A DNA stretch of 64,000 bases from Oikopleura dioica (GCA_907165135.1 OU015567.1:3100001-3164000), one strand, 5' to 3'. Counted from the stretch's first letter, positions 16,038-28,900 are shown. The notes: a model not told the origin generated them from the letters alone. Program-made: numbers and translations.

Positions 16038-17517
16038 ATGTTAGTCAATGGTCCGGCAATTCCTATAAGCGGAAATGAAGTGCGCGTTTTGTCGACTCCA
16101 AACGAGTTCTACGATCAGCTGATTCAGAACATTGCTGATGCAAAAGATCGACTGTTGATAACTTCTTTGTACATTGGAAATGGAGAGAAAGAAGAAAAGC
16201 TGTACCGGGAAATTGAGAGATTTCTTGACAGAGGAGGCCACGCCACGATTATCGTAGATCATGGACGTGGTCTTCGAGGCGATAAAAAATCGACTTACGC
16301 TCGCTGCTTACAGATGTACAAAAAATACTATCATAATTTAACTCTTGGAGTAAGTATCGCTATAGCTAGACTTAGTTGAAGTGAACCAAGGTCTTTTTGA
16401 CTCTTGTTAATTATGTTTTCAGTATTTCTACTCGCCTCTTGTTGAACAAAGCAAAATCGTCAAAAGAATCAGCCAGCTTCAAGAAACACTAGCAACGCAA
16501 CACACCAAAATCTACCTCGCTGATGACCAGCTCATTCTATCCGGTGCAAACTTAGAAACAGCCTATTTTACAAACAGACAGGATCGATACATACAGGTAG
16601 ACACTTCGCTTCTCACAGCACGATTATCATTCGCCATTCAGTTCTCAAGCCGTAAGCTTGGAAATTACTTCTCCAGACTCGCGGAAATCATCGCAAAACA
16701 TTCTTATTTGATGGGATCGCCTGATGAAGGCCTGAACGATGCCCGAAAAGTGGATTTTTCAACCTTTCGAGAAGAAGTAAACGCTCTTCTTGGCGAATAC
16801 GACGGTCAGATGAACGAGAATGCTTCTCCTGAACTCGATACGATTTTTCATCCGAGTGTTCAAGCCGGCTGGGCCGATGTCAGATCAGATGAGCATTTAT
16901 TGGAAAGTGTTCTCTCACAGTAAGATCGAAAGTTACTACATGATGGCTAATTTACTCTTTCAAGATTGTCAGAAACCGATCAAATGTACTTCTGCTCTGG
17001 ATACTTCAATCCTCCGTCGCCCCTTTGCGCCGCAATTTCAAATACGAAGGCTTCTGTAGAACTTCTATCAGCTGATTGCCGAGCGAATGGATTTTACAAG
17101 GCCAAGTTTCCAAAGAGCGGCATTACTCCGGCGTACCAGCTTTTTGCTGATCACATGCTTGAGGAACTAGGAGACAAGGAGTTGAATTATAATGAGTGGA
17201 ATCGAGACCAGGTACACCTTTTTTAGTTCAATTTCCGAACAAAATTTTAGTGGACTTTCCATGCCAAAGGAATGTGGTTCTACTCATCCTCTTCTTGCTT
17301 CGCTGCTTCTATTGGTTCCTCTAACTTCTCGCACAGAAGCTACTTGAAAGATCTTGAAGCCGGAGGCCTTATCGCAACCGAAAACACTTCCCTTCAAAGC
17401 GCCCTTGACGCGGAACGCAGTAGAATATGGGCATACGCTCATGAAAGAAACACTAGCATTCAAAAAATTCCAAACTGGGTTCGAAAAGTTGCCCCTAGAT
17501 TAAAAGCCTTCTTCTGA
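16038..17517 (+). CDS. PGS1: Mitochondrial CDP-DAG--glycerol-3-phosphate phosphatidyltransferase
   Basis: VRVLSTPNEFY...SLYIGNGEKE; two HKD-type motifs (QHTKIYLADD, WTFHAKGMW); IGSSNFSHRSYLKDLEA. Five or more short introns. Confidence 0.9.
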
Positions 17518-17597
17518 ATGTGATTCAAAAACTGTAGAATTCTGAAATAAAGACAATTCTTTATTCTTTCACCCATTCATTTTGTCTGATATTTAGC

Positions 17598-18543
17598 ATG
17601 GGAGAGAGTACAGAAACAGATCAGATACTGGTTGATCTCGCACAGAGTGTGATTTTCTTCGGAACTGGGATTCTATTTGGTTATCACGCTTTTGGAAAGA
17701 AAAATGCTTGGTGGAAGAAAAAGTCGAAGAAGCGTACAGTTACTGAAGGAACCGAAGATTCTGAATTTGAAAGCGACGAAGAGGTATCAGTTAAAGTCCT
17801 TATATCTTCGTTTCTTGCCCTTTTCGTCATTTGCGAAGATAAATCAACTTGCCATAGAATCCAAGCAAAACATTTTGTAATAGAATGAGTCGTTTCCTTC
17901 GCACTGTCACATCTTTGATTTCCCTCCCTAGTCGTCTTAATTCTATCGTAAATCGTTTTCCCGGGCGGCTATTTTTTTCAGGTGGATTTCCTCCCGTTTA
18001 TTTAACGTTTTCTATTCAGTGGTCAGATGTTTCCGATCCATCAGACTCCGAACTTATGGGCGATCCAAACGACGAGATCATCCCTGGCGAAGAATACAAG
18101 ATGGTTCTCTGCGTTCGAATGGACTTGAAGATGGGAAAGGGCAAGATGTGTGCCCAATGTGGCCATGCTGCTGTCGGCGCTGTCAGGACTGCCAGTATGC
18201 GCGTGCCCAATCAGCTCCGAAGATGGGAGCGCTACGGCCAACCTAAAATAGCGCTCAAGGTAATTCATCAGACCTCTTGTAAGCTATTGACTCAAGTGAT
18301 TCAGGTGCCGACTGAAGATGAAATGGACATTTTGAAAGCTAAAGCAATGTCACTCAACTTAAACTTTTGCGTAATCAAGGATGCAGGACGAACACAGATC
18401 GCTGCGGGCTCGAAAACTGTTCTTGCGATCGGCCCTGGACCGCAATCTTTAATAGGAATGGAGCTAGAAAATTGAAAAATCCCAGAAGTAGTCAAAAAAA
18501 GCTCTTAAAAGACCAGTGTACCGGACATTTGAAGCTTTTGTAA
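17598..18543 (+). CDS. PTRH2: Peptidyl-tRNA hydrolase 2 (Bit1)
   Basis: N-terminal TM; YKMVLCVRMDLKMGKGKMCAQCGHAAVG; DAGRTQIAAGSKTVLAIGPGP; ends LIDQCTGHLKLL* via GA-AG intron 18456-18511. Confidence 0.95.
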
Positions 18544-18640
18544 CGAAGATTATGTACATTTAGGACACTTTACTGCAATTAAACTGAACTAGAATTTTTT
18601 TAAGTTTATCTTTTAGTTGAAACAAGCTTTTTCAGATGAA

Positions 18641-21461
18641 ATGGGTTTGAAAAAGATCTTTCTTCGTTACCACCCTCCGGGGATCACTCTTGAGTACACT
18701 AGGCAAGGAGAAGAGAAGAAAAAAGAGATAGATCTTTATGGTAATATTGAGGATTTTCGCCTTTAGTTAGCCTTTTGGATGTTTTTAGAACTCAGCCCAG
18801 ATGACTAGGGTTTTTCACGGGAACGGCGCGGTGCGCTCCGGGCCTTCCACCGCCAAAATCGAACTCTTATTTTTTATCAAAAATGAAAATTTAAAGTATC
18901 AAAAGTACTAATTAAAGGTCGCAGATTCCAAATATCGAATTTTTATTCTATATAAATGTCAAATTATGCCGAAAAATCACTTTTTGCACAAATTTTCTTA
19001 CTTTTCTCCCGGAGTACATCAAAATACACCTCTGATTTTGAGATATGATTGATAATAGACCTTTATCACTTATCTCTCAAAAATTCAGAATTCAGCAACA
19101 TTCAGCAGATACTCAAACTGAGGTAGAGTTCAAATTTAATTGCCTCAACTTACTTTTAATGTAGCTCCTCCAATTTAATCATTTACCCCATACAACCATA
19201 TATTTTTAGAATTCTTATGAGAAGATCTAATGCTTTAATATGGCCGATTTTCGACTTATATCGGATTTTTATCGGTTTCGGTGTTTTTACTCATCATATC
19301 CTGGTACAATCGGACCTTTTTTGGAAACATTTTAAAAAGTCTATCAGGACAACCTATGAACCCGCACACCTAAACTAACAGATGTCCTGCAATTTTCGGA
19401 CATTTTAGGGGGTCGGAACGTTTGGCCGAGCACCACATGATAGACTGAAATCCCGAAAATTTTACAGTCCGGGTAAAATATTAAAGCTTGAAGCGATGAA
19501 GGTGCTTAAAACTCATATTAGTTACTCAACTTTGCTGTTCATCGCCTAAAATAGCACTTTTTCTATGGTTTAAACTTTATTCAAAATTTGACAAAAATCC
19601 GATTATCTCGAAAAATTTCCGATATAAACCGGAAATCAGAAAATCGGCCGTATTAAAGCACTAGATCTCCTCGTGAGGATTCATAAAATATATGGTTGTA
19701 TGGGGTAAATATGTAAATTAGCGGAGCTACATGGAAAGTAAGTTGAGGCAATTAAATTTGAACTCCTCCTGAGGGTTAACTAATCGGAAGGGCCTGGGCG
19801 CGCGCTTATTTACAGAGCGCCCGGGGAGCAGTCCGAACCTTTTTGCTCAAGGTGACAAAATCAGGTGGTTCGATGCTGGAATCCGGGGATTTCCGATTTT
19901 GGTATTTTTGGAATCAGCGGGTCAAATTTAGTGTCCAGTGTGAATTTCAGAAACATAGCATAACTTTGAAATTCCCGTGAGAAACCCTACAGATGACGAT
20001 GCGGCAAGAATCGCGGAACAGATCATTGAAAACGAGAGACTTTTAAGTCCGAATAAAAAGAAAATGATCACAGACATGATCGAGAAGATACAGTCGAAGC
20101 TTAGCGAAGAAACAGATCATAAGTTCCATCTTGTCAGAAATATAAAAGTAAGCCCTTTATTCTCCGGATAATATGAATGATTTGCTATCTAGGCTCATCT
20201 TTTACCTATCACCAACGTCGCCTTCAACAAGTTAGCGTCCAAGTTCGCCACTGCCTCTTACGACCGGACATGCAAAATTTGGGACACTGAAACCGGCAAT
20301 CAGCTTCATTCATTAGAGGGCCATGATAACGTTGTTTATACAGTCGCATTTAATCTGCCATTTGGGGATAGGATAGCGACGGGGTCGTTCGATAAAAGCA
20401 TAAAAATTTGGTCGACAGAAGACGGACGATGCTTACAGACTCTTACAGGGCACGGAGGAGAGGTGGTCACGCTTCAATTTTCGCCGAAAGGTTAGTTCGC
20501 TTCCTGAGTCAGGAACTGGACTCGGTTACCTGTGCAGAAACTTGAGTACGGGTACAACCTTTTCAATCTACTGTAGAATTTTAGGCAGAGCCTTCAAGTT
20601 GTAGCTTTCATTTAAGGACCCTTACTGAGGTTGCTTAGCCCTGGCCAGGATTCTTGAGTGTAATTCTTATCGAAATTAAGGTAATTTCCTTGCTTCTGGA
20701 TCCATGGACACTACCGCTAGAATTTGGGATATCGAGACGGGCCAAGAAATCGCAAAAATGGACGATCACTGCGGCGAAATCATTTCAATATGCTTCAACT
20801 TTCAAGGAACACAAATTCTAACGTGCAGCTTTGATCAGACGCTAGGAGTTTGGTCGGCAAACAACGCGAGTCTGGGCAAGCGACAGCTCAAGTTGATAGG
20901 ACACACGGCGGAAGTGTCTGCCGGCAAGTTTAACTTCAAAGGCGATTTGATTCTCTCCGGCAGTATGGATGGGACGATGCGTTTATGGCATTCAAGTAAG
21001 AGCTTCTTCTTTTTGTCTATTTATTACATTTTTCCTAGTTTCCGGAAGTATTCTAGCAGTCTTTCAAGACTTTGAAGATGAGGTACTCGATGTAGCCTTT
21101 AATTTGGCAGGAACACTCGCTGCTGGATGCACTGTCAATGGAAAAATACGCTGCTTTGATGTCTGTACTAAGCGAGAAACTGGCAATTTCGACGATCACC
21201 CTGAAGACGAAATTTCAAGAATCGTCTTTAGCCCCAGTGGTAATCGTTTGCTGACTGCATCTGTTGATAATAACGCCAGGTATCGTACGCTATTTCGTTT
21301 CTTCTTCTCATTTTCCCCGTAGAATTTGGTGCGCCAAGACCGGGCGGCTTATTCAAACTTTGGAAGGACACACACAAGAAATTTTCAGCACCACCTTTTC
21401 GTACGACGGCAAAACTATCATCACCGCCAGTAAAGACAACACTTGCCGCATTTGGAGATAA
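18641..21461 (+). CDS. DAW1: Dynein assembly factor with WD repeats (WDR69/ODA16), interrupted by a hAT element in exon 2
   Basis: [19 protein letters not shown]; [13 protein letters not shown]; [11 protein letters not shown]; [26 protein letters not shown]; ends [11 protein letters not shown]. Confidence 0.9.
18806..19989. mobile_element. Non-autonomous hAT-type DNA transposon (1184 bp)
   Basis: TIR TAGGGTTTTTCACGGGAA / TTCCCGTGAGAAACCCTA (17/18 match). 8-bp TSD CAGATGAC at 18798-18805 and 19990-19997. No transposase ORF. Confidence 0.92.
19115..19775. mobile_element. Degenerate foldback/MITE nested in the DAW1 hAT element
   Basis: About 150-bp imperfect inverted arms (about 19115-19265 vs 19615-19775), e.g. 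gagttcaaatttaattgcctcaacttacttt and its reverse complement. Right end reads GAGGG-TTAA. Confidence 0.6.
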
Positions 21462-22197
21462 AAAAAATATTCGAAATAGAGCCAAAAACTACTCTATCTT
21501 CCAGCTTATTCTGAAACAATTCACCTGCGAACTACTGTACCTTTTATATTTTTTAGAACTAAAATATATATTTATTTTTTCATTTACCCAGTTAAGGCAA
21601 GAATTCTGTTTCCTGAGAGAATTCTTGAGATCGGAAAATAGGTAATTAGTAATTACATCTTCAATGGCATAAAATGCATGTATCAACCCTAAAAATCTAG
21701 GCCGGAAACTCACCTGCATCTTTATTAGGCCTTATAGATTCAAGTCGCTAACGAGCAAAAGCTATAAATTCTAGCAAAATTCAAGCAAGAAGTCAGACAA
21801 AAAGAGAGGAAATAATGAGCAATGTTTTTGAAAACTCGAAACTTGTCGTAGTAATCGATGTTGAAGAGATCGGCGAAGATTTCAATGAAAACAACACATG
21901 CGCTAATCCAGTTGAGTTTTGCCTCAGCTTCACCGTTTATCTGATACTTTTGATGTACATTCTTGTCATTCTGTCAGAGCAAGAGGGGATCAATGAGTAC
22001 TTCAGCCAAGTTTCTACTCTTTTCTAGTGAATCGAAATTTCTGAATTACTAAGACCATCAACTTTGCTAAATCCTTTTTCTTCTGATCTTGTTAAGCGTC
22101 ATTCATTGTTAATAAGCTTCACAACGCCATTATAACAACGCGTATCAGATGACAGAAAATCCATCTGGTGCTTCCATTCGAAAAAAGTAACCTGAAA

Positions 22198-22536
22198 ATG
22201 GCTCATAGAATAGAGATTCTTCCAAACTCGAGAACTGCACCATACTCCGAGGAGCAAAATCAGTACTCAGAACGCTTCCCTCTGCTCCGGACCAAAATCC
22301 ACCAGAACCCTTATCCGTACACAATTGAGCTTATTTTTCTGACCCTATTTAACCCATTCTTGTCTATCTACGGCTGGATCTCGAGCAGAAGAGTGAAAAA
22401 TGCCCTCCAAAACAACTCCAAATTCGAGGCGATTCAATTGAGCCTCAATCTTTATTTATATCTTGTCGCTTCTTTCTTGGCAACCGTTGCCTTTTACTCC
22501 TCAGCGATTGGGGTTGTTTTTCTGCTTTCGAAATGA
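22198..22536 (+). CDS. Possible CD225/dispanin (IFITM-like) membrane protein
   Basis: MAHRIE...IFLTLFNPFLSIYGWISSRRVKNALQNNSKFEAIQLSLNLYLYLVASFLATVAF: two hydrophobic segments flanking an S..V..AL.....A...S loop. Pattern match by eye only. Confidence 0.4.
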   Translation: MAHRIEILPNSRTAPYSEEQNQYSERFPLLRTKIHQNPYPYTIELIFLTLFNPFLSIYGWISSRRVKNALQNNSKFEAIQLSLNLYLYLVASFLATVAFYSSAIGVVFLLSK

Positions 22537-22939
22537 GAGAATAAAAATATTGAAATTTGACAAAAAAAGAGAACTTATCTAACCGTATTTGTGACCTTTG
22601 AGATTTCTGGAGTGCGTGATAGCAAGATACAAGTTCTAACCATGATCTTACAACTTTTGTTCTGAGCAAATAGCTCCATCTTTCCAAGTTTCCACCGAGC
22701 AAATAATTCTATCGTCTGATCTTTTATTTGCGTTTTTGTGAACTCGGCAACGACTAGACCATCAAGTTTACATTGCAAAAGCTGCAAATACAGTAACAGA
22801 CTATTATGCAATCAGATTCAATTTTTTTTTTCACTTTTTTATTTGAGGAATGAGTTTTTGCAGGGGGAATTAAGGAGGTTAGGAAGACAATAATTATTTA
22901 ATAATGTCCGGCGACGAAAATCTCGAGTCGCATAGTTCT

Positions 22940-24074
22940 TTACCAGTAGGGGACAGAGTGGAGGATGGCCTGCTCGGTCATCTCGGCCTTGGAAAGCGTA
23001 TCGACGTTCTTGTCCAAGTCGGATCCAACCCAGGTCTAGAAAATGACTGAATACGTGAGGAGGAGCTTAATTCTTACGTCGAGGATTGGGGTGATGAGCT
23101 CTCGGTTCTTGTCGGAAGAGAACTCGTCCCAGATGTTGTTGAGGCCAAGGTGCATATCGTGGTTTTCTTGACCCTCAAGTCGACCTGAAGAAAAATTAAT
23201 CATCACAAAAAGTGTTATTCATTGTACCATTTCCGTCAGCATCGTAGATATCGACAAGGGTGGAGCCGACGGTGGAGAAGAATCCGGCGAAACCGCGCTT
23301 GAACTCGTCAAAGTTCAATTGTCCATCGCCATCTTGATCGAGCTGATGGAACTGGCTGGCAGCGTATCGACCCATGAGGTTGAAGCTGGGGTTCTTGTCA
23401 AAAGTAGCGGCGGTGACTTTCTTGCCACACTCCCAGATGATGTCGAGATCGACGTGCGAGCCAGTGGTGCACATGTGGAAGGCGTCGTCCATCGCTTTGT
23501 CGAATTTGCCATCCCACCAGGGCTGTCGAATTCGGAGCGTTTACGTTTCTCCGCGATTTTCTTGCGGAAGATCCGCTGATTTTCTCCGTTTTTCCGCGCT
23601 TTTCTCCGATCCTCCGATCGTCCGATTTTCTCCGTCGCGCGGAGCTTCCGCGATTACCCGCTACCCTTTTTCTCTACCCAATCAGAAGAGCGGAACACCC
23701 TTTAATTTCGTCTTTTGAGCAAAAATTTCGGCGGATCATCCGCGATTCTCCGCTCCCTTTTCTCCGCCGCAAACCGGCGGACTTTCCGCGCGGAAAACGG
23801 TGGATCTTCCGTGAAAATGGCTGCGGATTCTCCGCTTAAAAATAGCGGAGAAAAGCAAACGCTCCGAATTCGACAGCCCTGCATCCCACTAGAAAGTTTA
23901 CTTTAACCCGAACGAACAAATTGTTCTCTCTCTTACCGATTTAAGGATGCTGTCAGCATTTTGGGAAATCGCACCAGCATTGCTCCAGAAGTGAGAGTCT
24001 GCTGCGACGAGGTCTCCAGCGATGCCGGAGTTAGCAGCAGAGGCGGTGGCGAGGATGGCAGCGGTAAACTTCAT
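22940..24074 (-). CDS. Secreted EF-hand Ca-binding protein, paralogue A (MITE at the exon 2 boundary)
   Basis: Signal peptide MKFTAAILATASA; EF loops DQDGDGQLNFDE and DADGNGRLEGQE; degenerate DLDKNVDTLSKAE; ends HSVPYW*. Four exons. Confidence 0.8.
23518..23881. mobile_element. hAT-type MITE (364 bp)
   Basis: Perfect 25-bp TIR CAGGGCTGTCGAATTCGGAGCGTTT; 8-bp TSD CATCCCAC at 23510-23517 and 23882-23889; interior rich in TCCG/CGGA. Absent from paralogue B. Confidence 0.95.
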
Positions 24075-24519
24075 TGTCAAAAAAGTTTTTTTGTTTGTTT
24101 GTCAACTGCTTGTTGATGAATAAATGCGAAAAAACGGTGATTTTTATATGGGAAAATCTCGCAGTAGAGAGTCGATTTGAGCGCCGATTAATGGCGCTAA
24201 AGTTAGGTTCAGCAGGGTTCGTAGGAAAAGTAGTTAATTGTTCTGATTTTAATGATAATGAAAAATGGCTCGCTTAGTTGCCTCTCTTGATTTTGATGAA
24301 TTCGAAAAACCTTACAATATTTTCCGCCGGAAAGTATGCGGTCTATTCAGCATAATATTTCTGATAAAAATAAGATTAATCGTTGAAATAATCGTTAAGC
24401 GTTTATTTTTATGAATATCAGCCGAATTGTAGGTAACATGTATGATGCTAAAGGATTTACAGGCAGAAATTTGGATAAATAATATCGTCAGGTATCGTAT
24501 CTTCCGTCTTTCATGAATT

Positions 24520-25310
24520 TTACCAGTAGGGGACGGAGTGAAGGATGGCTTGCTCGGTCATCTCAGCCTTTGAAAGAGTATCGACGTTCTTATCCAAATC
24601 AGATCCGACCCAGGTCTATAAAATTATTGATTCTCTGGTAAAGGCCTTAGTTCTTACGTCAAGGATGGGAGTGATGAGCTTTCGGTTCTTATCGGAGGAG
24701 AACTCGTCCCAGATGTTGTTCAGGCCAAAGTGCATGTCATGGTTTTCCTGACCCTCAAGGACACCTGAAAAGAAAATGCTTCAGGGCGATGTAAAAATGG
24801 GCGGCTCTTATCACCGGTCAAAAAGAAAAAAACTCACCGTTTCCATCGGCATCGAAAATGTCGACAAGAGTAGAGCCAACTGTAGAGAAGAAGCCGGCGA
24901 ATCCGCGTTTGAACTCTTCGAAGTTCAACTTTCCGTCGCCGTTTTGGTCGAGCTGGTGGAACTGGCTGGCAGCGTAGCGGCCCATAAGGTTGAAGTTGGG
25001 GTTCTTGTCGAAAGTTGCTTTGGTGACTTTCTTGCCACACTCCCAGATGATCTGTTGATCGGTGTAAGAACCGCTGGTGCACATGTGGAAGGCATCGTCC
25101 ATCTCTTTGTCGAATTTGCCGTTCCACTTAAAATCAATATAAAAACTATCTCTTTAGGATTTCTCTTACCGATCTGAGGATGGCATCAGCATTTGCTGTC
25201 AGTTTACCAGCGTTTTGCCAGAAGCTTCCGTCCGCAGCAATCAAATGAGCAGAAATATCGGCTGAAGTAGCAAAAGCAGAAGAAGCGAGCAAAGCTGAGG
25301 TGACCTTCAT
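24520..25310 (-). CDS. Secreted EF-hand Ca-binding protein, paralogue B (uninterrupted)
   Basis: MKVTSALLASSAFA; WNGKFDKEMDDAFHMC; DQNGDGKLNFEE, DADGNG; same four-exon structure and C-terminal VPYW* as paralogue A. Confidence 0.85.
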
Positions 25311-25985
25311 TTTCGACTTGTTTTTAAAAAGTGAGTTCGTAGCTGCTCTGGTGGCTTCATTTATGGCCAGTTTTGCCGGGCGCTAGAGGTCTATTGCTAG
25401 AATTTAAGCAAGTTGCAATTTGCAAGTGGAAGGTCCAAATCGGCGAAGGTTATTTGGGTTCGCTTCGAGAATCTTCGACCATCTTCTTTCAAGCCAGAGA
25501 TAGCAAACTTGCTTTTGCAAATAAAAACTCAGACATGGCGCAAGTCTGAGGATAGCGCTACTGAGTAGCCGAGAAAGCAGACTCTTGGCAAAAGACGAAA
25601 AAAATGAGAGAAAAATCACACAACAGGGTTTCGTTTTGGCCCTTGTTGACGATTTTCGCATTGGAAAAATGGCGATCGCCCAAATCATCAGTAAGGGTTC
25701 AAAATTAAGAAAAAAAAATCAGAAAGTTCAATTTATATTTTTAGACAATTAAGCTTCTTCTCTGATAAAGCAATACTTAATATCTAATTTATGGTCCCAA
25801 AAATATTCGTATCATTTTAATCTTTATCGGCTTCAATCATCGGTCACAGGTTTTTCTGAAGAAAAATGCTAGTCAAACAGTTCAATCGGGTTCGTAATTT
25901 TACTCGTTTGTGAAAGCGCCCGAGGACAACCGAGCCCCACAAATGGGGACTTTCCACAATTCGAATTCCTTTCCCTGTACAGTAG

Positions 25986-28900
25986 AAATTCTGGAGTTTG
26001 AACTCATCAAAAGTCCTCACAGTCCTGATCCCTTCAATCATTGGCCTTCTACTCGTAATCGCCCGTCAATCAGTTCCATCAAAAGAAAACCGGAACCTTG
26101 AGTTTCAGCCCTTTCGCCCAAACAACCTTTTTGCCCGACGATTCAAAGATGCCAACGACTTCGAAATTCTGTACACTCCGAAGACCGAGTTAACCGAAAA
26201 CATCATTCATTTGCTATCAAAAGATCTTGAGGAGAATCTGATGGAATACGACTGGTTCGGTAATCCTGTTCAAAACGGCACGACCTTCACCCCAGTTGAC
26301 TTTCCCGACGAGCAGTCTATGAGAGCGCATGTATCAGAAGTTGATACTGATCTTGCCAAGATATTTGTCGGCGTTTCCTTTGATTCCTTGGGAACTGATG
26401 GATTGGAATTTACGGTTCACACCATTCCAACTGGTAAGTTCGCATTTTCTCAACCTAGAAGAGCTTATGTAACCCCCATCCATAGCTGATGCAAGAGGAA
26501 TGCCAGTGAAAGGCCTGTGGAACGGCTGGCTCACTCAACGAAGCTCTCCCTCAGTACTCGGAAAATCCTTCGGAAACTCGCTGTTTTCTGAATCTGCTGA
26601 TGGCGCAAACCAAATTTACTACACTGAGGGATTCCTTGCTGTCCAATCTTCCATCAACCAGAACTATCTGAAGCTTACCACGGACATTCCACCCGAAAAC
26701 GTCGAATTTCTACAGCAAGAAAGCAGAACTGTCTCGAGCGATCGATTCCATGGAGTGATGCAGCAACAGCTTCCGCTCATGTTCCTCCTCTCCCTGGCCC
26801 ATTTCATGCAGCAGACCGTCCATTGCTTTTCTTCGCATCGGGAAAGTAACAGGCTCAAGTACTTGAAGATGCTCGGCATTTCAACACATACGATCATGGC
26901 GGCCTATTTTAGGATCAAAGTTTGAACTTTGTCTTTATTTATTGGCCATAAGCGGTAGTTACCTTCGCTGACCCTTGACGTGAACCATATGTAGTTTACT
27001 ATTGATGTAAAATTGCCACAACAATAACATAGCTTCTACGAGAAAAACCGGAGCATAATAATGCGTAACCAAAAATATGAAACTACTTCAACTTTGAAAA
27101 AGCGCAACGATCGTGATGTATGCACTCGCAACGGGGCTTCTGGCGACCATGCTTACTGCTGACATCAGCAAAAATGGAGCAGTACTTGAACACGTTGGAT
27201 TTTCAGCTGTCTTTGGGCTTCTTCTTTGCTACGGATGCTCAGTTCTCAGGAGAGGGACCAATTTTCGAATTGAATCGACTCAAGCTGAAAGTTCAAAATT
27301 CGAACCCTTGTCAGTTTATGTCAATTCATTTCGAAACTATTCAAGAATTCGGCGTCCGCTGCATCTGCTGCTTCTGCCATAATCTTTTTCCTCTCTATCC
27401 CGCATGGCTACATTTTTACGTCGTGGAAAGATATGCATATTCTGGTCAAGGAACCCGGTTGAACTTTGTCCTATAAGAAACGGTCTAGAGTCGTGGAATG
27501 CGCTGCTTATCAATCTGCGGTTGTAAGAACATGATTTCAGCAAAACGCCGGGCCCATGAGGGAATTTCGTAATTTTTAATGCTCGTTCGGGATCGTTTTT
27601 TTCAACCAGGGAAAAAGTCTCTTCTCGCCCTGAATCCGCCTGTTTTACTCGCTCTTGGTTGCGACATCATCTGCCACTTTGAAAAGCTTAATCTTCCCCT
27701 CTCCATCTTTCGAAATCTTACCCGCGAAGTTTCAAGGGATGACCCGATTGCGCTGACGGACATTTACAACTTACTTCTTTTGAATATGCTCTTCTACATG
27801 GCAATCACGTGGTTGGTCGACACGACCAAAGATGAACGAAATCGGGTTTTGTCGATGACGATCGAAAATCGCCGGGAGAAACAAAAATGCAGCTCCGAAT
27901 GGGGCTTCAAAGTCGAGAAAGTAACGAAGATTTTCGACGAGAAAGATGATCAGTGCGCGTTGAAAGATATTTCCTTCTCCACCCCATCTCGTGGTGTCAC
28001 AGCGCTGATTGGTACTAACGGAGCAGGAAAATCAACAACAATGAAGCTTCTCGCTGGTTTTTTGTCCCCAACTCGAGGAGAAGTCCACGACGCTGGTTTA
28101 GAAGTCGGCTATTGTCCTCAATACAACGTCACGTGGCCTGGACTGACTGTCAAAGAACACTTCATCTACTTCAACCAGCTTTCCAACGCCAAAGGAAAAG
28201 TCGAGCCAGAAGGAATCGCTGAAGATGTCCAGCTTAAAGAAAAACTCAACTCTAAGCCCGATGAGCTTTCCGGAGGAATGCTGAGAAAGCTCACTTTTGG
28301 AATTGCCATGTCTTCGAAGCCAAAGCGAATTTTGCTCGATGAGCCGACTTCTGGACTTGATCCGGTTTCGAGATTGGAGCTTTGGGAAATTGTGAAGAAT
28401 CTCGGACAGAACACAGGAGCGGATTTATTTTGAAAAAAAGCCCCCAAATTTGATAATTTAAGACCTAATTTCAGCAAAGATAAAGCACTTGCTGATAAGC
28501 AAATAAAATCCGACTTAGCGGTTTTGCTGACGACCCACTACATGGACGAAGTTGATGAACTCGCCAAAGAGGTCATTATCCTAAAACAAGGCCAAGGAAA
28601 TGGTCAGTCTTTTTTCTCTCAAAGACGTCGCAATAAAAAGATTAATCATAAATATCCCACCGGGGCATTACTTTCTCAAAGCGCGGACTGAGCTCACCTT
28701 CTGACACGCGCTATAGTAAAAATGATTCAATTAATTAAAGCTGACCAAATTGAAAGTCATAAACAAGGGTAGGTATCAAGATGTCAGCTGCTCATTTGGG
28801 CGGATCACAAGTTTCTCTTTCGACAAGGCAACGGGTTATAATTATTACCGGGCAATAAATCAGATAATTTAATCTTCTCAGCGTTTATTCTTGATCAAGG

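Noticed and set aside
18799-19990. AG-AC border (as in Fritillaria-type introns) for exact removal of the DAW1 element
   Set aside because: Geometrically possible, but no other intron in this window ends in AC; kept only as a test option.
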